Below, in pieces: positions 41,872 to 51,766 of a stretch of 64,000 nucleotides of DNA. The notes under the pieces are model-generated. The model was given only the letters and a program-made list of their open reading frames with translations. It had not been told where the DNA came from and ran no database searches. Position numbers and translations under genes: made by a program. The number at the start of each line of letters is the position of its first letter. The stretch's first letter is position 1. Origin of the DNA: Candidatus Altimarinota bacterium (lineage in GTDB: Bacteria; Patescibacteriota; Gracilibacteria; 1-14-2-50-48-13); NCBI GenBank assembly GCA_046314355.1, contig JBKBWQ010000001.1, positions 768,001-832,000 on the forward strand, written 5' to 3'.

Positions 41872-42645
41872 ATGATAACAAAAGCCCAAATACATTTTGT
41901 AAAAGATCTTCATGCCAGAAAGCAGCGGCTCACTGAAAAGCTTTTTTTCTGTGAAGGCACGAAAGGTGTCAAAGAGCTGCTAGCAACCTTTGAACTTCAC
42001 AGCCTGTTTACTACTGCATCGTGGGTAGAGAAAGAAGAGAGTACTCTCGTAAATATACCATCTGAAAAGATCTTTCTCTCTGAGGGAAAAGAGCTTGAGA
42101 GAATGTCCGCTCTCAAGACTGCGCAGGATGTAATAGCGGTGTTTCATATTCCAGATGTAAAATCTCAAATAAGTACAACGGAGAGTACTCTTATCCTCGC
42201 TCTAGATCATATAAGTGATCCTGGAAACCTCGGCACCATTATAAGAACCGCAGACTGGTACGGCATCGACACTATTCTCTGCTCAGAGGACACAGTAGAT
42301 GTATGGAGTCCAAAGGTAGTCCAGGCAACCATGGGCTCTCTGGGTAGGGTTCATCTCCATTACACTGACCTAAAAAAAGCACTTTCAGAAATACAGAGTC
42401 CGGTATTTACTACGGCAATGACAGGTGCTTCTATCCAAACTTTTGATTTTCCAGAAAGCTGCGTCCTCCTTATGGGAAATGAATCTGTAGGTGTATCTGA
42501 GCAGCTCACAGCATTATCTACATCAAAGCTACACATTCCAGCATATAGGCATAAAAACCCTGCAAATGGTCAGGCAGAATCTTTAAACGTAGCTATAGCT
42601 ACAGGAATAGTACTTCAAGCATACCGAGGTAAGCATTCACATTAA
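41872..42645 (+). CDS. TrmH/SpoU-family RNA methyltransferase
   Basis: DPGNLGTIIRTADW, KVVQATMGS, MGNESVG, ESLNVAIA. Confidence 0.92.
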   Translation: MITKAQIHFVKDLHARKQRLTEKLFFCEGTKGVKELLATFELHSLFTTASWVEKEESTLVNIPSEKIFLSEGKELERMSALKTAQDVIAVFHIPDVKSQISTTESTLILALDHISDPGNLGTIIRTADWYGIDTILCSEDTVDVWSPKVVQATMGSLGRVHLHYTDLKKALSEIQSPVFTTAMTGASIQTFDFPESCVLLMGNESVGVSEQLTALSTSKLHIPAYRHKNPANGQAESLNVAIATGIVLQAYRGKHSH

Positions 42646-43166
42646 ATACCAGCAGCAGGTCCAAAGGCAGCTGCATTTCTTACCTTCGTAATAGCCTCAA
42701 GGTAATAAGCAGGATTTGTAATACCTGAGATATTTACACGCTGCTGATTGGCACTATCGAAAAGCTTTACAGTACCGTAATTCATAAGACGGGCAAAAAG
42801 TCCCTGACTCAGAGTAATATGATCAACAGTTGCAAGTGAGTAATTGGCCTGTCTCTTTTTAAAAAGTCCCTCATGAACAGTGATCTCTTTAAGGTTGATG
42901 ACATAATACTTATTCATCCACTTAAAAAGAATGTATACGAGTATCATAGCATTGACGATCTGTATAAAAAATATATAGATCAGATAAAAAGAAATACCCT
43001 CTGCTACATTTTGAGTGAGAAGCCCCGTCAGGTTCAAGATAAATCGAAAAAATACGTGAATAAGTCCCATAACCACTTCGAGAAAAAATATTCTCGTCAT
43101 AAGAAAAAATTTGCTCTCCCGGAGCATGATAATTCCCTCTGGTTGCTGTGGAAATACGTCTGCCAT
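42642..43166 (-). CDS. membrane protein with bacterial PH domain
   Basis: Two TMs followed by GLF...QGLFARLMNYGTV. Confidence 0.75.
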   Translation of the reverse strand: MADVFPQQPEGIIMLRESKFFLMTRIFFLEVVMGLIHVFFRFILNLTGLLTQNVAEGISFYLIYIFFIQIVNAMILVYILFKWMNKYYVINLKEITVHEGLFKKRQANYSLATVDHITLSQGLFARLMNYGTVKLFDSANQQRVNISGITNPAYYLEAITKVRNAAAFGPAAGI

Positions 43167-43322
43167 GGAGAGAATGATAAGAAATAGTATATTCTATTCT
43201 ACAAGATTTCTTATGAAAGAAAAGCGGAAAATATGGCTTGAAAATCACAAGACAGAAGGGTACTCTTTTGCAGTCAGGACTGATTCCGAATACTAAGATT
43301 CCATCAAACATTCATATTTTCA

Positions 43323-43868
43323 ATGCTCAATACACTTATACTTATAGCTATCTCAGCAGTCATTGTGCTGATTATTGTCTTTTTCTATCAGCTGCTGGCA
43401 AGGATGCGCGGCGCTCCTGTGGTGATCGCCCATGATGAGACAATGAAAAAAGCACTGACACTACTTGCACTGAAAGCCGGAGATACACTCTATGATTTGG
43501 GGAGCGGCAATGGAAAAGTACTGTTTTATGCAGAAAAAACATATAGCGTAAAGACAATTGGGATCGAGGCAGCATTTCTGCTAGTACTTTACACAAAAGT
43601 AGTAGGATTTTTCAAAAAAAGTAAGACACACTTTATCCACGGAGACTTCACTAAAATGACGCTTCCAGTGAAACCTGATGCGATCTATTTGTTTTTGATG
43701 AAACCGATCCTTTTGAAGATGGACCATGTATTTGACGCACTTCCCTCCGGCACAAAAATCGTCTCACCTGTATTTGAGATAAAGCATCCAAGAATAGTAG
43801 AAAAAGAAAAAGTCAAAGATGATCTCTTTAGTAAAGGACAGTTTATATACCTTTATGAAGTAAAATAA
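43323..43868 (+). CDS. membrane-anchored SAM-dependent methyltransferase
   Basis: N-terminal TM, GAP, YDLGSGNG, GIE, IYLFL. Confidence 0.8.
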   Translation: MLNTLILIAISAVIVLIIVFFYQLLARMRGAPVVIAHDETMKKALTLLALKAGDTLYDLGSGNGKVLFYAEKTYSVKTIGIEAAFLLVLYTKVVGFFKKSKTHFIHGDFTKMTLPVKPDAIYLFLMKPILLKMDHVFDALPSGTKIVSPVFEIKHPRIVEKEKVKDDLFSKGQFIYLYEVK

Positions 43869-43913
43869 AAAAGACCATCCACTCTCGTGAGATGATCTTT
43901 CATTTTTTTATCT

Positions 43914-44510
43914 TTATACTAATACTTCATTCTTTTTTGCAGTAGGTAATTTGTCTCTCCATAAAGCAAAAAACATAAAAGAAGTGATAATAACAAACAC
44001 TGCGGGCTGTAATGCAGCTTCCCATGTAAATGTATCAACAGATGCCCATAGGAATAGACACGAGAACCAGTTAATTAACCATGCAATTGGATCTTCTTCA
44101 GGAGTATGCAAATTGTGAACACCCATAGGATAGAAGGCAACAAGCATAGCAAACTGACTCGAAATAATCCCAAATAGCGGATCAGTTGAAAATCCCCATA
44201 AGAGAATTCCGAGAATCGCCATTACAAAGCAAATCTTGTCTTCTGTACTCCATCCTTTTTGTCCGTACTTATAGGCAATGAAAGCAATAGCAAAGCTTGT
44301 CATTACTGCCGCTAGATTGACTAAATTCCAGCTTTTAGCAATAAACATACTGACAAACCCTAATACATCTAATCCAGCCCAGATAATCCAGGTTACCTTA
44401 TACGTTTCCTTTCCATTCAGGAGACTTTTTATGTAAAGAACTCCTGAGATGATGAAGAGTACACTCGCTATAATCTCTAAGATTCCTTTTCCCACGTTAT
44501 TTCCTTTCAC
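43914..44510 (-). CDS. multi-TM membrane protein
   Basis: About six to seven hydrophobic segments, TWIIW motif. Confidence 0.7.
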   Translation of the reverse strand: MKGNNVGKGILEIIASVLFIISGVLYIKSLLNGKETYKVTWIIWAGLDVLGFVSMFIAKSWNLVNLAAVMTSFAIAFIAYKYGQKGWSTEDKICFVMAILGILLWGFSTDPLFGIISSQFAMLVAFYPMGVHNLHTPEEDPIAWLINWFSCLFLWASVDTFTWEAALQPAVFVIITSFMFFALWRDKLPTAKKNEVLV

Positions 44511-44678
44511 CTCTTTCGAGGATTTTTTGTTTTAATATTTATACGTACAAAATAACACTAATTTTATTTTTATCAATTAATTCAGTCAGTTTATCCATAG
44601 TTCTGGGTACTAATTGATTTCTTCAGACTTGCCTTTCATCCAAAAATCCACATAGTAGAGGTACTTAACTGACGTTTT

Positions 44679-45653
44679 ATGAAATCTATAAAAGAACAAC
44701 TTTTTCGAACAGTCGTAGAAATCCCTGAGTCTACAGTAAAGATTGATCATACACTTCCTACACTCATGATTGGTTCCTGCTTCACTGAAAATATGGGAGC
44801 TTTTATGCAGCATTCCAAATTTCCCATCATCATTAATCCTACCGGCATAGTCTACAATCCCCTCTCTGCACTGAGAGTATTGGAAGTGCTTATGAGTAAG
44901 AAAATATACACTGCCTCCGATCTATTTTTTTCAAACGGTCTCTGGGCTTCCTATGATCATCATGGAAGTTTTTCTTCCAGTTCTCAGGAAGAGTGTCTCA
45001 CCAAGATTAATACTGCTCTCTCAAATGCAAGAGCACATCTTGAAAAAACAAAGATACTTTTTATTACCTTTGGAACCTCATGGATCTATAGATTGAAAGT
45101 AACAGGAAAAGTTGTCTCAAACTGCCACAAACAGCCTGATACTTTATTTGAGAGATCTCTACTTAAAGTAGATGAAATAACAGATGCATATAAAATTGTC
45201 CTGGAAAAACTCCATACGCTCTACCCTGACCTTCATGTTGTCTTTACTGTAAGCCCCATAAGGCATTGGAAAGAGGGAGCTCACAATAATCAGATCAGCA
45301 AGTCTCTCCTGCATATTTCCATTGAAAAGTTGACTTCAAATTTTTCATATACAGGATATTTCCCAAGCTACGAAATAGTTATGGATGAGCTTCGTGATTA
45401 CCGGTTTTATACTGAAGACATGCTGCATATCTCAGATGCTGCTACCAGATACATATGGGAACGGTTTCAAGAAACTTTTATGTCCCCTGAGACCCGTACT
45501 CTTTCAAAAGAAATTGAAGATATACAAAAATCACTCTTGCATCGTCCTTTCAATTCTGATACAACACAACATAATCAATTCAGAGACAAGTTATCCCAGC
45601 GCATTCAAAACCTGGTACATACATATCCTTTTTTGATTTTCGAAGGAATTTAG
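44679..45653 (+). CDS. GSCFA-domain protein
   Basis: IGSCFTEN, NPTGIVYNP, ITFGTSW, VSNCHK, FTVSPIRH, YFPSYE, DELRDYRFY..DMLH. Confidence 0.9.
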   Translation: MKSIKEQLFRTVVEIPESTVKIDHTLPTLMIGSCFTENMGAFMQHSKFPIIINPTGIVYNPLSALRVLEVLMSKKIYTASDLFFSNGLWASYDHHGSFSSSSQEECLTKINTALSNARAHLEKTKILFITFGTSWIYRLKVTGKVVSNCHKQPDTLFERSLLKVDEITDAYKIVLEKLHTLYPDLHVVFTVSPIRHWKEGAHNNQISKSLLHISIEKLTSNFSYTGYFPSYEIVMDELRDYRFYTEDMLHISDAATRYIWERFQETFMSPETRTLSKEIEDIQKSLLHRPFNSDTTQHNQFRDKLSQRIQNLVHTYPFLIFEGI

Positions 45654-45669
45654 AGGATTACAGTTCAAG

Positions 45670-46653
45670 ATGAATCTTTATGTTAAGGAAATTCTTCATA
45701 CCCTGGTAGACAGTCGAAATACTAGTGAAGAAGTGGATATTGCAATAGGGTACGGCTCTGCCGTAATGGAACATGGTGATCAGCGAAAATCCCCAGGTCT
45801 GGATATAATATTAGTTGTAAAAGACGTCATTCGTTTTCATCAAGTAAATATGAGAAAGTACCCAGAGGACTATTCTCTTTTGATGCATCTAGGAGGAGCA
45901 GAAATGTTTACTAGGATTCAAGATACAGGAGGCGCGATTTCATATAATTTAATGACTACACCTAAGAATCATAGACAGGAATACGGAGCTTCTCAACGAA
46001 TAATCAAGTACGGAGTAATCAGTACTGAAGCCTTTATCAAAGATCTCAGAGAATGGCTGAGACTCTATGTCGCCGGAAGAATGCATAAACCCTTTTATAT
46101 CATTAAGCAGGGTTCTGCGGAAATTCAGGAAGTAATAGAAGAAAACCTTAGCTTTGCAGTAAGAGTTGCACTACTTTTATTAGCAAAGGATGAAGTGACA
46201 CATGAAGAACTTTTTAAAGCGATCACTTCCCTCTCCTACATGGGAGATCCGCGTCCTGAACATCCTGATAAGGTCCGAAATATTGTCTCTGCAAATAGAG
46301 AGCAGTTTCATTCTCTCTATAAAAATGTGCTCACAAATAATGAATTTTTTCAGAATGATCAAGATGCAAAACTGATCTTGCCTCCTCATGCCCGTGACTA
46401 TATGAAGCTGCATCTACCAAAGCAAGTAGCAGCAATGCTTCCTGAATTCTATATGACATTTGATGATAATGTCTTTCAAAAAGTCATGACTGACGCTATT
46501 CAAAGAATCGTTTCACAGCCGGCACTTATACAGATTTTTAAAGGTGTTTTGACAGGCAAGCCTTCAGAGACTATTCCCTATGGAATCAGCAAAGGACTGA
46601 AATCACCAAAAATTAGAAAAATACTTACGCCATTTGGGTATAGAGAAAAATAG
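45670..46653 (+). CDS. Tam41/Mmp37-type phosphatidate cytidylyltransferase
   Basis: GYGS, LDIILVV, IKYGVIS, DL..W..LYVAGRMHKP, LSYMGDPR, E...KVRNIV. Confidence 0.85.
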   Translation: MNLYVKEILHTLVDSRNTSEEVDIAIGYGSAVMEHGDQRKSPGLDIILVVKDVIRFHQVNMRKYPEDYSLLMHLGGAEMFTRIQDTGGAISYNLMTTPKNHRQEYGASQRIIKYGVISTEAFIKDLREWLRLYVAGRMHKPFYIIKQGSAEIQEVIEENLSFAVRVALLLLAKDEVTHEELFKAITSLSYMGDPRPEHPDKVRNIVSANREQFHSLYKNVLTNNEFFQNDQDAKLILPPHARDYMKLHLPKQVAAMLPEFYMTFDDNVFQKVMTDAIQRIVSQPALIQIFKGVLTGKPSETIPYGISKGLKSPKIRKILTPFGYREK

Positions 46654-46759
46654 AATGCTTAAAGTAAATCATAGACATTTACCCTGTCTGCGTGCTATAA
46701 TTCATCGATAAGGCTGTCTTCGCCAGATCCATTCTTTACATTCTCTGATTCTCCTTCCT

Positions 46760-48022
46760 ATGCGTATGAATGAAAAGCAGGTGCTCTCACATTTATCTGA
46801 AAGCGCTCTTTCTGCCCATAAACGTGCAGCTGTATTCAAAAAGCTCTCCTATAAGGAGCAGGCACATATGCTCAATCTTCTTGATAGTAAGACGAAGAAG
46901 AAACTTCTTGATACCTTGAAAAATAAAGAAATTGTACCACCACTCGAACATCTGGATCCTGATGAGGCAACAAATGCACTAAAAATGCTCCCGCCAAAAC
47001 GACAGAAAAAGATCATAGAAGAACTCTCTAAACAGCTCAAAGAAGGTATACAGGTGCTCTCTCAGTTTGATCCTGAAACAGCAGCAGGACTGATGAATCT
47101 AGATTACATCCAGATTGAGCAGGATGATGTACTCTCCAGCGTTATCAAGAAGTTTAAGGAGCACGAAGCTCGAAGAGGCAGACCACCTACTATTATAGTT
47201 ATAAAAAAGAATGAAATTACGGGGTATCTTCCCGGTTATTCATTAGGAATTGGAAAACACACGGATAAAGTAAAGAAATTTACTAAAAATATCCCGACTA
47301 TTCAGTTTGACGCGGATCATGATGAAGTCCTCCAGACCTTTAAAGATAATCCCCATAATCAGGTCGTGGTACTTGGAGATATTGGAAATGTACTTGGTAT
47401 CATTTATTCGGACGATATCTTAAGAGTGATGGAAGAACAGAAGTCTGCATCTCTATACGATTTTGCCGGTGTCCATGATGAAGAAGGTGTATCAGATGGT
47501 ATGATGATCAAAGTACACTCTCGATATAAATGGCTTATTATCAATCTAGGTACTGCTTTTCTCGCTGCTTTTACAGTAGGACTCTTTGAACCCATCATTA
47601 CAAAATATGTACTGCTCGCAGTATATATGCCAATCGTAGCTGGAATGGGAGGAAACGCCGCTACTCAGACCCTTGCGGTAGTGGTAAGAGGTATCGCTCT
47701 CAAGCAGATAGATCTTAAAAGCGCATGGCATACTCTCAAAAATGAGATTGGAGCTAGTGTCATCAATGGACTTATCAATGGTATCATTGTTGCCGCTATT
47801 GTACTTATTTTTAACAGAGATTGGAAAATCGCGATCATATTAGGATTTGCAATGATCTTCAATCTATTAGTTGCAGCATTATTCGGAACGATAGTACCGC
47901 TGATCATGCAGAAACTTGGAAAAGACCCTGCTACTTCAGCAACAATTTTTATTACAACAGCCACAGATGTACTTGGATTTATGGCTTTCCTAGGACTTGC
48001 GACACTGATTTTAGGAATGTAG
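46760..48022 (+). CDS. mgtE: magnesium transporter MgtE
   Basis: TAAGLM, CBS pair, RYKWLIINL, GMGGNAATQ, DPA...ITTATD. Confidence 0.9.
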   Translation: MRMNEKQVLSHLSESALSAHKRAAVFKKLSYKEQAHMLNLLDSKTKKKLLDTLKNKEIVPPLEHLDPDEATNALKMLPPKRQKKIIEELSKQLKEGIQVLSQFDPETAAGLMNLDYIQIEQDDVLSSVIKKFKEHEARRGRPPTIIVIKKNEITGYLPGYSLGIGKHTDKVKKFTKNIPTIQFDADHDEVLQTFKDNPHNQVVVLGDIGNVLGIIYSDDILRVMEEQKSASLYDFAGVHDEEGVSDGMMIKVHSRYKWLIINLGTAFLAAFTVGLFEPIITKYVLLAVYMPIVAGMGGNAATQTLAVVVRGIALKQIDLKSAWHTLKNEIGASVINGLINGIIVAAIVLIFNRDWKIAIILGFAMIFNLLVAALFGTIVPLIMQKLGKDPATSATIFITTATDVLGFMAFLGLATLILGM

Positions 48023-48038
48023 AATACAGTTTAAGAAA

Positions 48039-48070
48039 ATACCTGGGCAGAAATATTTCTACCCAGGTAT
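48039..48070. terminator. hairpin/terminator after mgtE
   Basis: ATACCTGGG...CCCAGGTAT. Confidence 0.55.
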
Positions 48071-48337
48071 ATCATTAAGCTAATTTTTTATTTGAATTAA
48101 TCTCATGCTTTATTGCTCCGTCGAGCAGTAAAGCAGTTTTTTATACTACTTTTTCCAGAAACTCTTCCAAATCTTCCTTCATAGAGACACCTCCCTTTTC
48201 TATTAATAACATTATTTATAGTACTAATGAACTCTTAAAAATCATTAAGATAAAACATTCTATTAGTTCACCACATTTACATTACGGTAACAAGGTGCTA
48301 TATTCTTCCTAGTTTACTACATAGCTTCCCGTTTCTT

Positions 48338-48769
48338 ATGAAAGAAAATACCCATATCGGAGTGTACGGCGTCGTAGAACAGGATGGAAAAGTACTGATG
48401 ATTAAGAAAACAAGAGGAGCCTATAAAGGTCAGTATGATCTCCCGGGAGGTGGTATCAAATTTCGTGAAAGTATTGAAGATGCGCTTAGAAGAGAGTTTA
48501 TGGAAGAAGTAGGTGTAGAAATAGAAACCATCAAAGCTTTGGAAAATTCTTGTAAAACCTCCATTTGGAATAATAATGCAGATGACGTGGAGACACATCA
48601 TATCGGCATGTATTACCGAGTCACCATAAAGCCAGGTCAGGCAGTAAAAACTGAACCAGACGGTCATGACTCTGCCGGATGTGAATGGATCGAGAAAGAT
48701 CAACTTACTGATACACCCGTCGCAAGTATCTTAATACCTATTCTCGCACTTATACAGTGCACTAAGTAG
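48338..48769 (+). CDS. NUDIX hydrolase
   Basis: Nudix box GGGIKFRESIEDALRREFMEEVG. Confidence 0.9.
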   Translation: MKENTHIGVYGVVEQDGKVLMIKKTRGAYKGQYDLPGGGIKFRESIEDALRREFMEEVGVEIETIKALENSCKTSIWNNNADDVETHHIGMYYRVTIKPGQAVKTEPDGHDSAGCEWIEKDQLTDTPVASILIPILALIQCTK

Positions 48770-48862
48770 TGAATTGGCTGCATTATTTTTAATACTCTTT
48801 CTTTTTTACTATTTATTCACTACTTTGATACAAAATGACTCAAATATTTTTTAGGTACACTT

Positions 48863-49681
48863 ATGGACCAGCTTAAAGAGCCGGAAGGATTTAAGAGCCA
48901 GAGTACAGAGGGTACCTATCTCCCTTCATTCAAGGGACTAAGCATCGAGCATGATGTAAATAATATGCTTACTCCTGTTCTTGGTATTCTTGATACTATT
49001 TTTTTTAAATATCATGGTGAGGCTTATGCTGTACTGGACTGCGAGTATAAAAAAATAAAAGAAGATGCGAATCACACCTTTGATGCAGTGCTACTTATAA
49101 AAGATAAGATTATTCCAAAGCTCCGGACAATACTTTCTCAAAGTAAGGAAAAATCTGACTATTTAAGTAAACTAGAAAATATAAATAAGACCATCCAGGC
49201 ACTGATCGCATACCATGAAAGTCCTGCAAGGGTCTCTCTAAAAACAATCCTTGAGGACGTGAAGGATTGTTTCTTGATCTATCTTGGAGAATCAAAAATC
49301 AATCTTTCCATGGAGATATGCCAGAATATTCATATATTCATACCTCCAGAACATTTTAAATCAACTCTCTATAATATTTTGAAAAATGCTGCAGAAGCTA
49401 TCAGTGTTCTGCCCAAAGAAGATGGTATGATTAGAGTTCACGTGACAATATTGCCTGAACAAGCTCAAGTGAGTATTACTATAAGAGATAATGGGATTGG
49501 TATGACACCATCTCAACTTGATGCATATGGGGAAAGACAGTTTTCAACAAAATCTGACCAGAGAGGTATCGGTGCCCTTAGTACAAAATTCTTTATGACT
49601 GCTCAGAATGCTGATTTTAAAATAATCAGCAAACCTGGCTGCGGCACGCAGGTAACTATTAAGCTTCCCATGATCTCCTAA
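48863..49681 (+). CDS. cytoplasmic histidine kinase (HisKA + HATPase), no sensor domain
   Basis: EHDVNNML (H box), NILKNA (N box), DNGIG (G1), FSTK (F box), GIG (G2). Confidence 0.8.
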   Translation: MDQLKEPEGFKSQSTEGTYLPSFKGLSIEHDVNNMLTPVLGILDTIFFKYHGEAYAVLDCEYKKIKEDANHTFDAVLLIKDKIIPKLRTILSQSKEKSDYLSKLENINKTIQALIAYHESPARVSLKTILEDVKDCFLIYLGESKINLSMEICQNIHIFIPPEHFKSTLYNILKNAAEAISVLPKEDGMIRVHVTILPEQAQVSITIRDNGIGMTPSQLDAYGERQFSTKSDQRGIGALSTKFFMTAQNADFKIISKPGCGTQVTIKLPMIS

Positions 49682-49687
49682 GATACG

Positions 49688-49924
49688 CTATCCTGCATTC
49701 TTCATATGTCTCCTAATCTGACCGAAATGATACTGCATGAGAAAGAGAGTTATTTCATCAGTACTCATGATCTTTTCTGACCTTCCTCTTCCCATCCCTT
49801 TATTCCACATAAGGACGTCTGGCACGTGATACTCCAACCCCCATTGATGACGGACATCAGGGTGTATATATACCATTCCGCTCTCCAGGAGAGTAATAAT
49901 TGTTCGAGCTTCTTTAGTAGTCAT
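49688..49924 (-). CDS. small hypothetical protein
   Basis: Starts 2 nt after the glycosyltransferase stop codon on the same strand. Confidence 0.5.
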   Translation of the reverse strand: MTTKEARTIITLLESGMVYIHPDVRHQWGLEYHVPDVLMWNKGMGRGRSEKIMSTDEITLFLMQYHFGQIRRHMKNAG

Positions 49925-49926
49925 AT

Positions 49927-51645
49927 TTATCTCAGATCATAGATAAAAATACTATTTCCAATGGTAGTATGCGGTAGCTGATCAAGATAAGAATAATCCT
50001 CTGCAGTCAGCCCTCTCTGCTTTACCCATTTACTTTGCTCAATCCATACGGGAAATATAGCAAAGATGCCCTGAGGACGTCCCCAGTCTCCATGCCAAGC
50101 TTTGAGAATGCCTTTTTTATCATAAAAGTTCAGAGGGGTTTTTCCCCAATAATCTACGTAAATAGCATCTATGCCCTGCTGCTCTGCCCATACAGAAAGG
50201 CGTTTGAGATTCTGTCCCCAGTCCACATTTGAATCAGAGAGATGTTTATATCCATTCAAAGAACCTCCAGAGAAATCATTGAAATAGGAGAGATAAAATG
50301 GATATGTACTATAAATAGTTACGCACTGAGTCAGAATCAATATACCAATCAGTATATATTTATGAGCATACTCCCATCTGCTTATTATCCAGACTCCGAT
50401 AACAGGAGTAAGTGCGAGCACAGGAGCAATATGACGGATACCAATATTCAGTGTCGACAATAGCGAAAGTAGGAGATACAGACCAGAAAATCCTAGCATC
50501 AAAAGAAGTGCGGTTTCAATTTTTTTCTTTTTCCAGAGCGAGAGACCTAGTATAGCTGCCCCAAGCAAAGTAAGAATCAAAATTGCAGGACTTTCCTTAT
50601 AGAGCCATGCCTTCGGGAAATAGTACCACCACCCCTTTCCCATTGTGCCATACTCTCCATCAAGAAACTGAGTGCCAGTTACCTCACTTCTTTGGATAGA
50701 GCGGTTACCCGCATAATCAAGTCCTGAAAGATAAGAAGGAATTGCCTTAGTAAATGTATAGTCAGAAAAGATAAGCTCCAGCTGTTTGATAGGAGCGGGC
50801 ATCAGAGAAGTATTTACAAAGGATCTCAGCTGAGATATAGGTGTATTAATATTAAAGAATGTATAGACTATATATACACAAAAGGCAGCCACAGAAGCAG
50901 TATTTAGAGTATTTTTAAAGATATTTTTACTTTTTTCTTTATCATACTTATACGTAATAAAAGAAAAGATGAGCAGTATTACAAAAATATAGAGTGTGAG
51001 TAGCACTCCTGAAAATTTTGTAAGCAGTACTCCCCCGAGTCCTAGCCCAAGATACAATGCATTTTTATGAGTAGGATCACGCATAAAAACTGCGGTAAGC
51101 AGAAGACTGATCACAGAGAATAATGCAATCCCCACATCCGTGGTGACATACCTGCTATGAGCAAAAATATTTGGTTCAAAGGCAAGAAAAAATAATGCAA
51201 TGAGAGACCAAGTAGGCGTAAGAAACTTTTTAAATAATACTCCGCAGACAAAAAGAAGCAGTCCATGAAATATGAGCACAGCAAACCTCGTCCAGAATAA
51301 AATATCATCTATATTATTCCCGCTTTCAAAAAGTATTTTATTTCCCTCCTGCCACTGATTCGGCATTCTGAGACCTGGTAGTTTGTAATCGATATCTTGA
51401 AAAAGAAGCGGGATAGCAGAGATCACTTTCACAAGCGGAGGATGCTCTATATTGAGATTATAATTCAGATTCGTAAGCGTGGAGTATCCTGAGACAATAT
51501 GTGCCACTTCATCAATAGTGACACTGTCATCTTTGACACTTGTGATACCTATTATGATAAATAAGGCACAAATAACCGATACTATGATGATAAAATACTC
51601 CTTTACGATACTTCTGATGAATTCAGTTTTCAAAGTAGGTAACAC
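49927..51645 (-). CDS. GT-C fold glycosyltransferase (GT39/ArnT/PMT-like)
   Basis: TIDEVAH, EHPPLVK, VTTD, TKFS, GWWYYF, IGIRH, DSNVDWGQ; many TMs. Confidence 0.85.
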   Translation of the reverse strand: MLPTLKTEFIRSIVKEYFIIIVSVICALFIIIGITSVKDDSVTIDEVAHIVSGYSTLTNLNYNLNIEHPPLVKVISAIPLLFQDIDYKLPGLRMPNQWQEGNKILFESGNNIDDILFWTRFAVLIFHGLLLFVCGVLFKKFLTPTWSLIALFFLAFEPNIFAHSRYVTTDVGIALFSVISLLLTAVFMRDPTHKNALYLGLGLGGVLLTKFSGVLLTLYIFVILLIFSFITYKYDKEKSKNIFKNTLNTASVAAFCVYIVYTFFNINTPISQLRSFVNTSLMPAPIKQLELIFSDYTFTKAIPSYLSGLDYAGNRSIQRSEVTGTQFLDGEYGTMGKGWWYYFPKAWLYKESPAILILTLLGAAILGLSLWKKKKIETALLLMLGFSGLYLLLSLLSTLNIGIRHIAPVLALTPVIGVWIISRWEYAHKYILIGILILTQCVTIYSTYPFYLSYFNDFSGGSLNGYKHLSDSNVDWGQNLKRLSVWAEQQGIDAIYVDYWGKTPLNFYDKKGILKAWHGDWGRPQGIFAIFPVWIEQSKWVKQRGLTAEDYSYLDQLPHTTIGNSIFIYDLR

Positions 51646-51766
51646 AGTCTTTCAAAAAGAGAAATAAGTGCACCGAGTATAGCACGCTCAAGGAAAAATT
51701 ATACTGAAAATTAAGATATAAGCATTATATCTATTTTATACATTCAATGCTGTTGGATCAGTTAAC

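Noticed and set aside
46690-46760. M-box riboswitch upstream of mgtE
   Set aside because: The leader is too short and lacks recognisable consensus.
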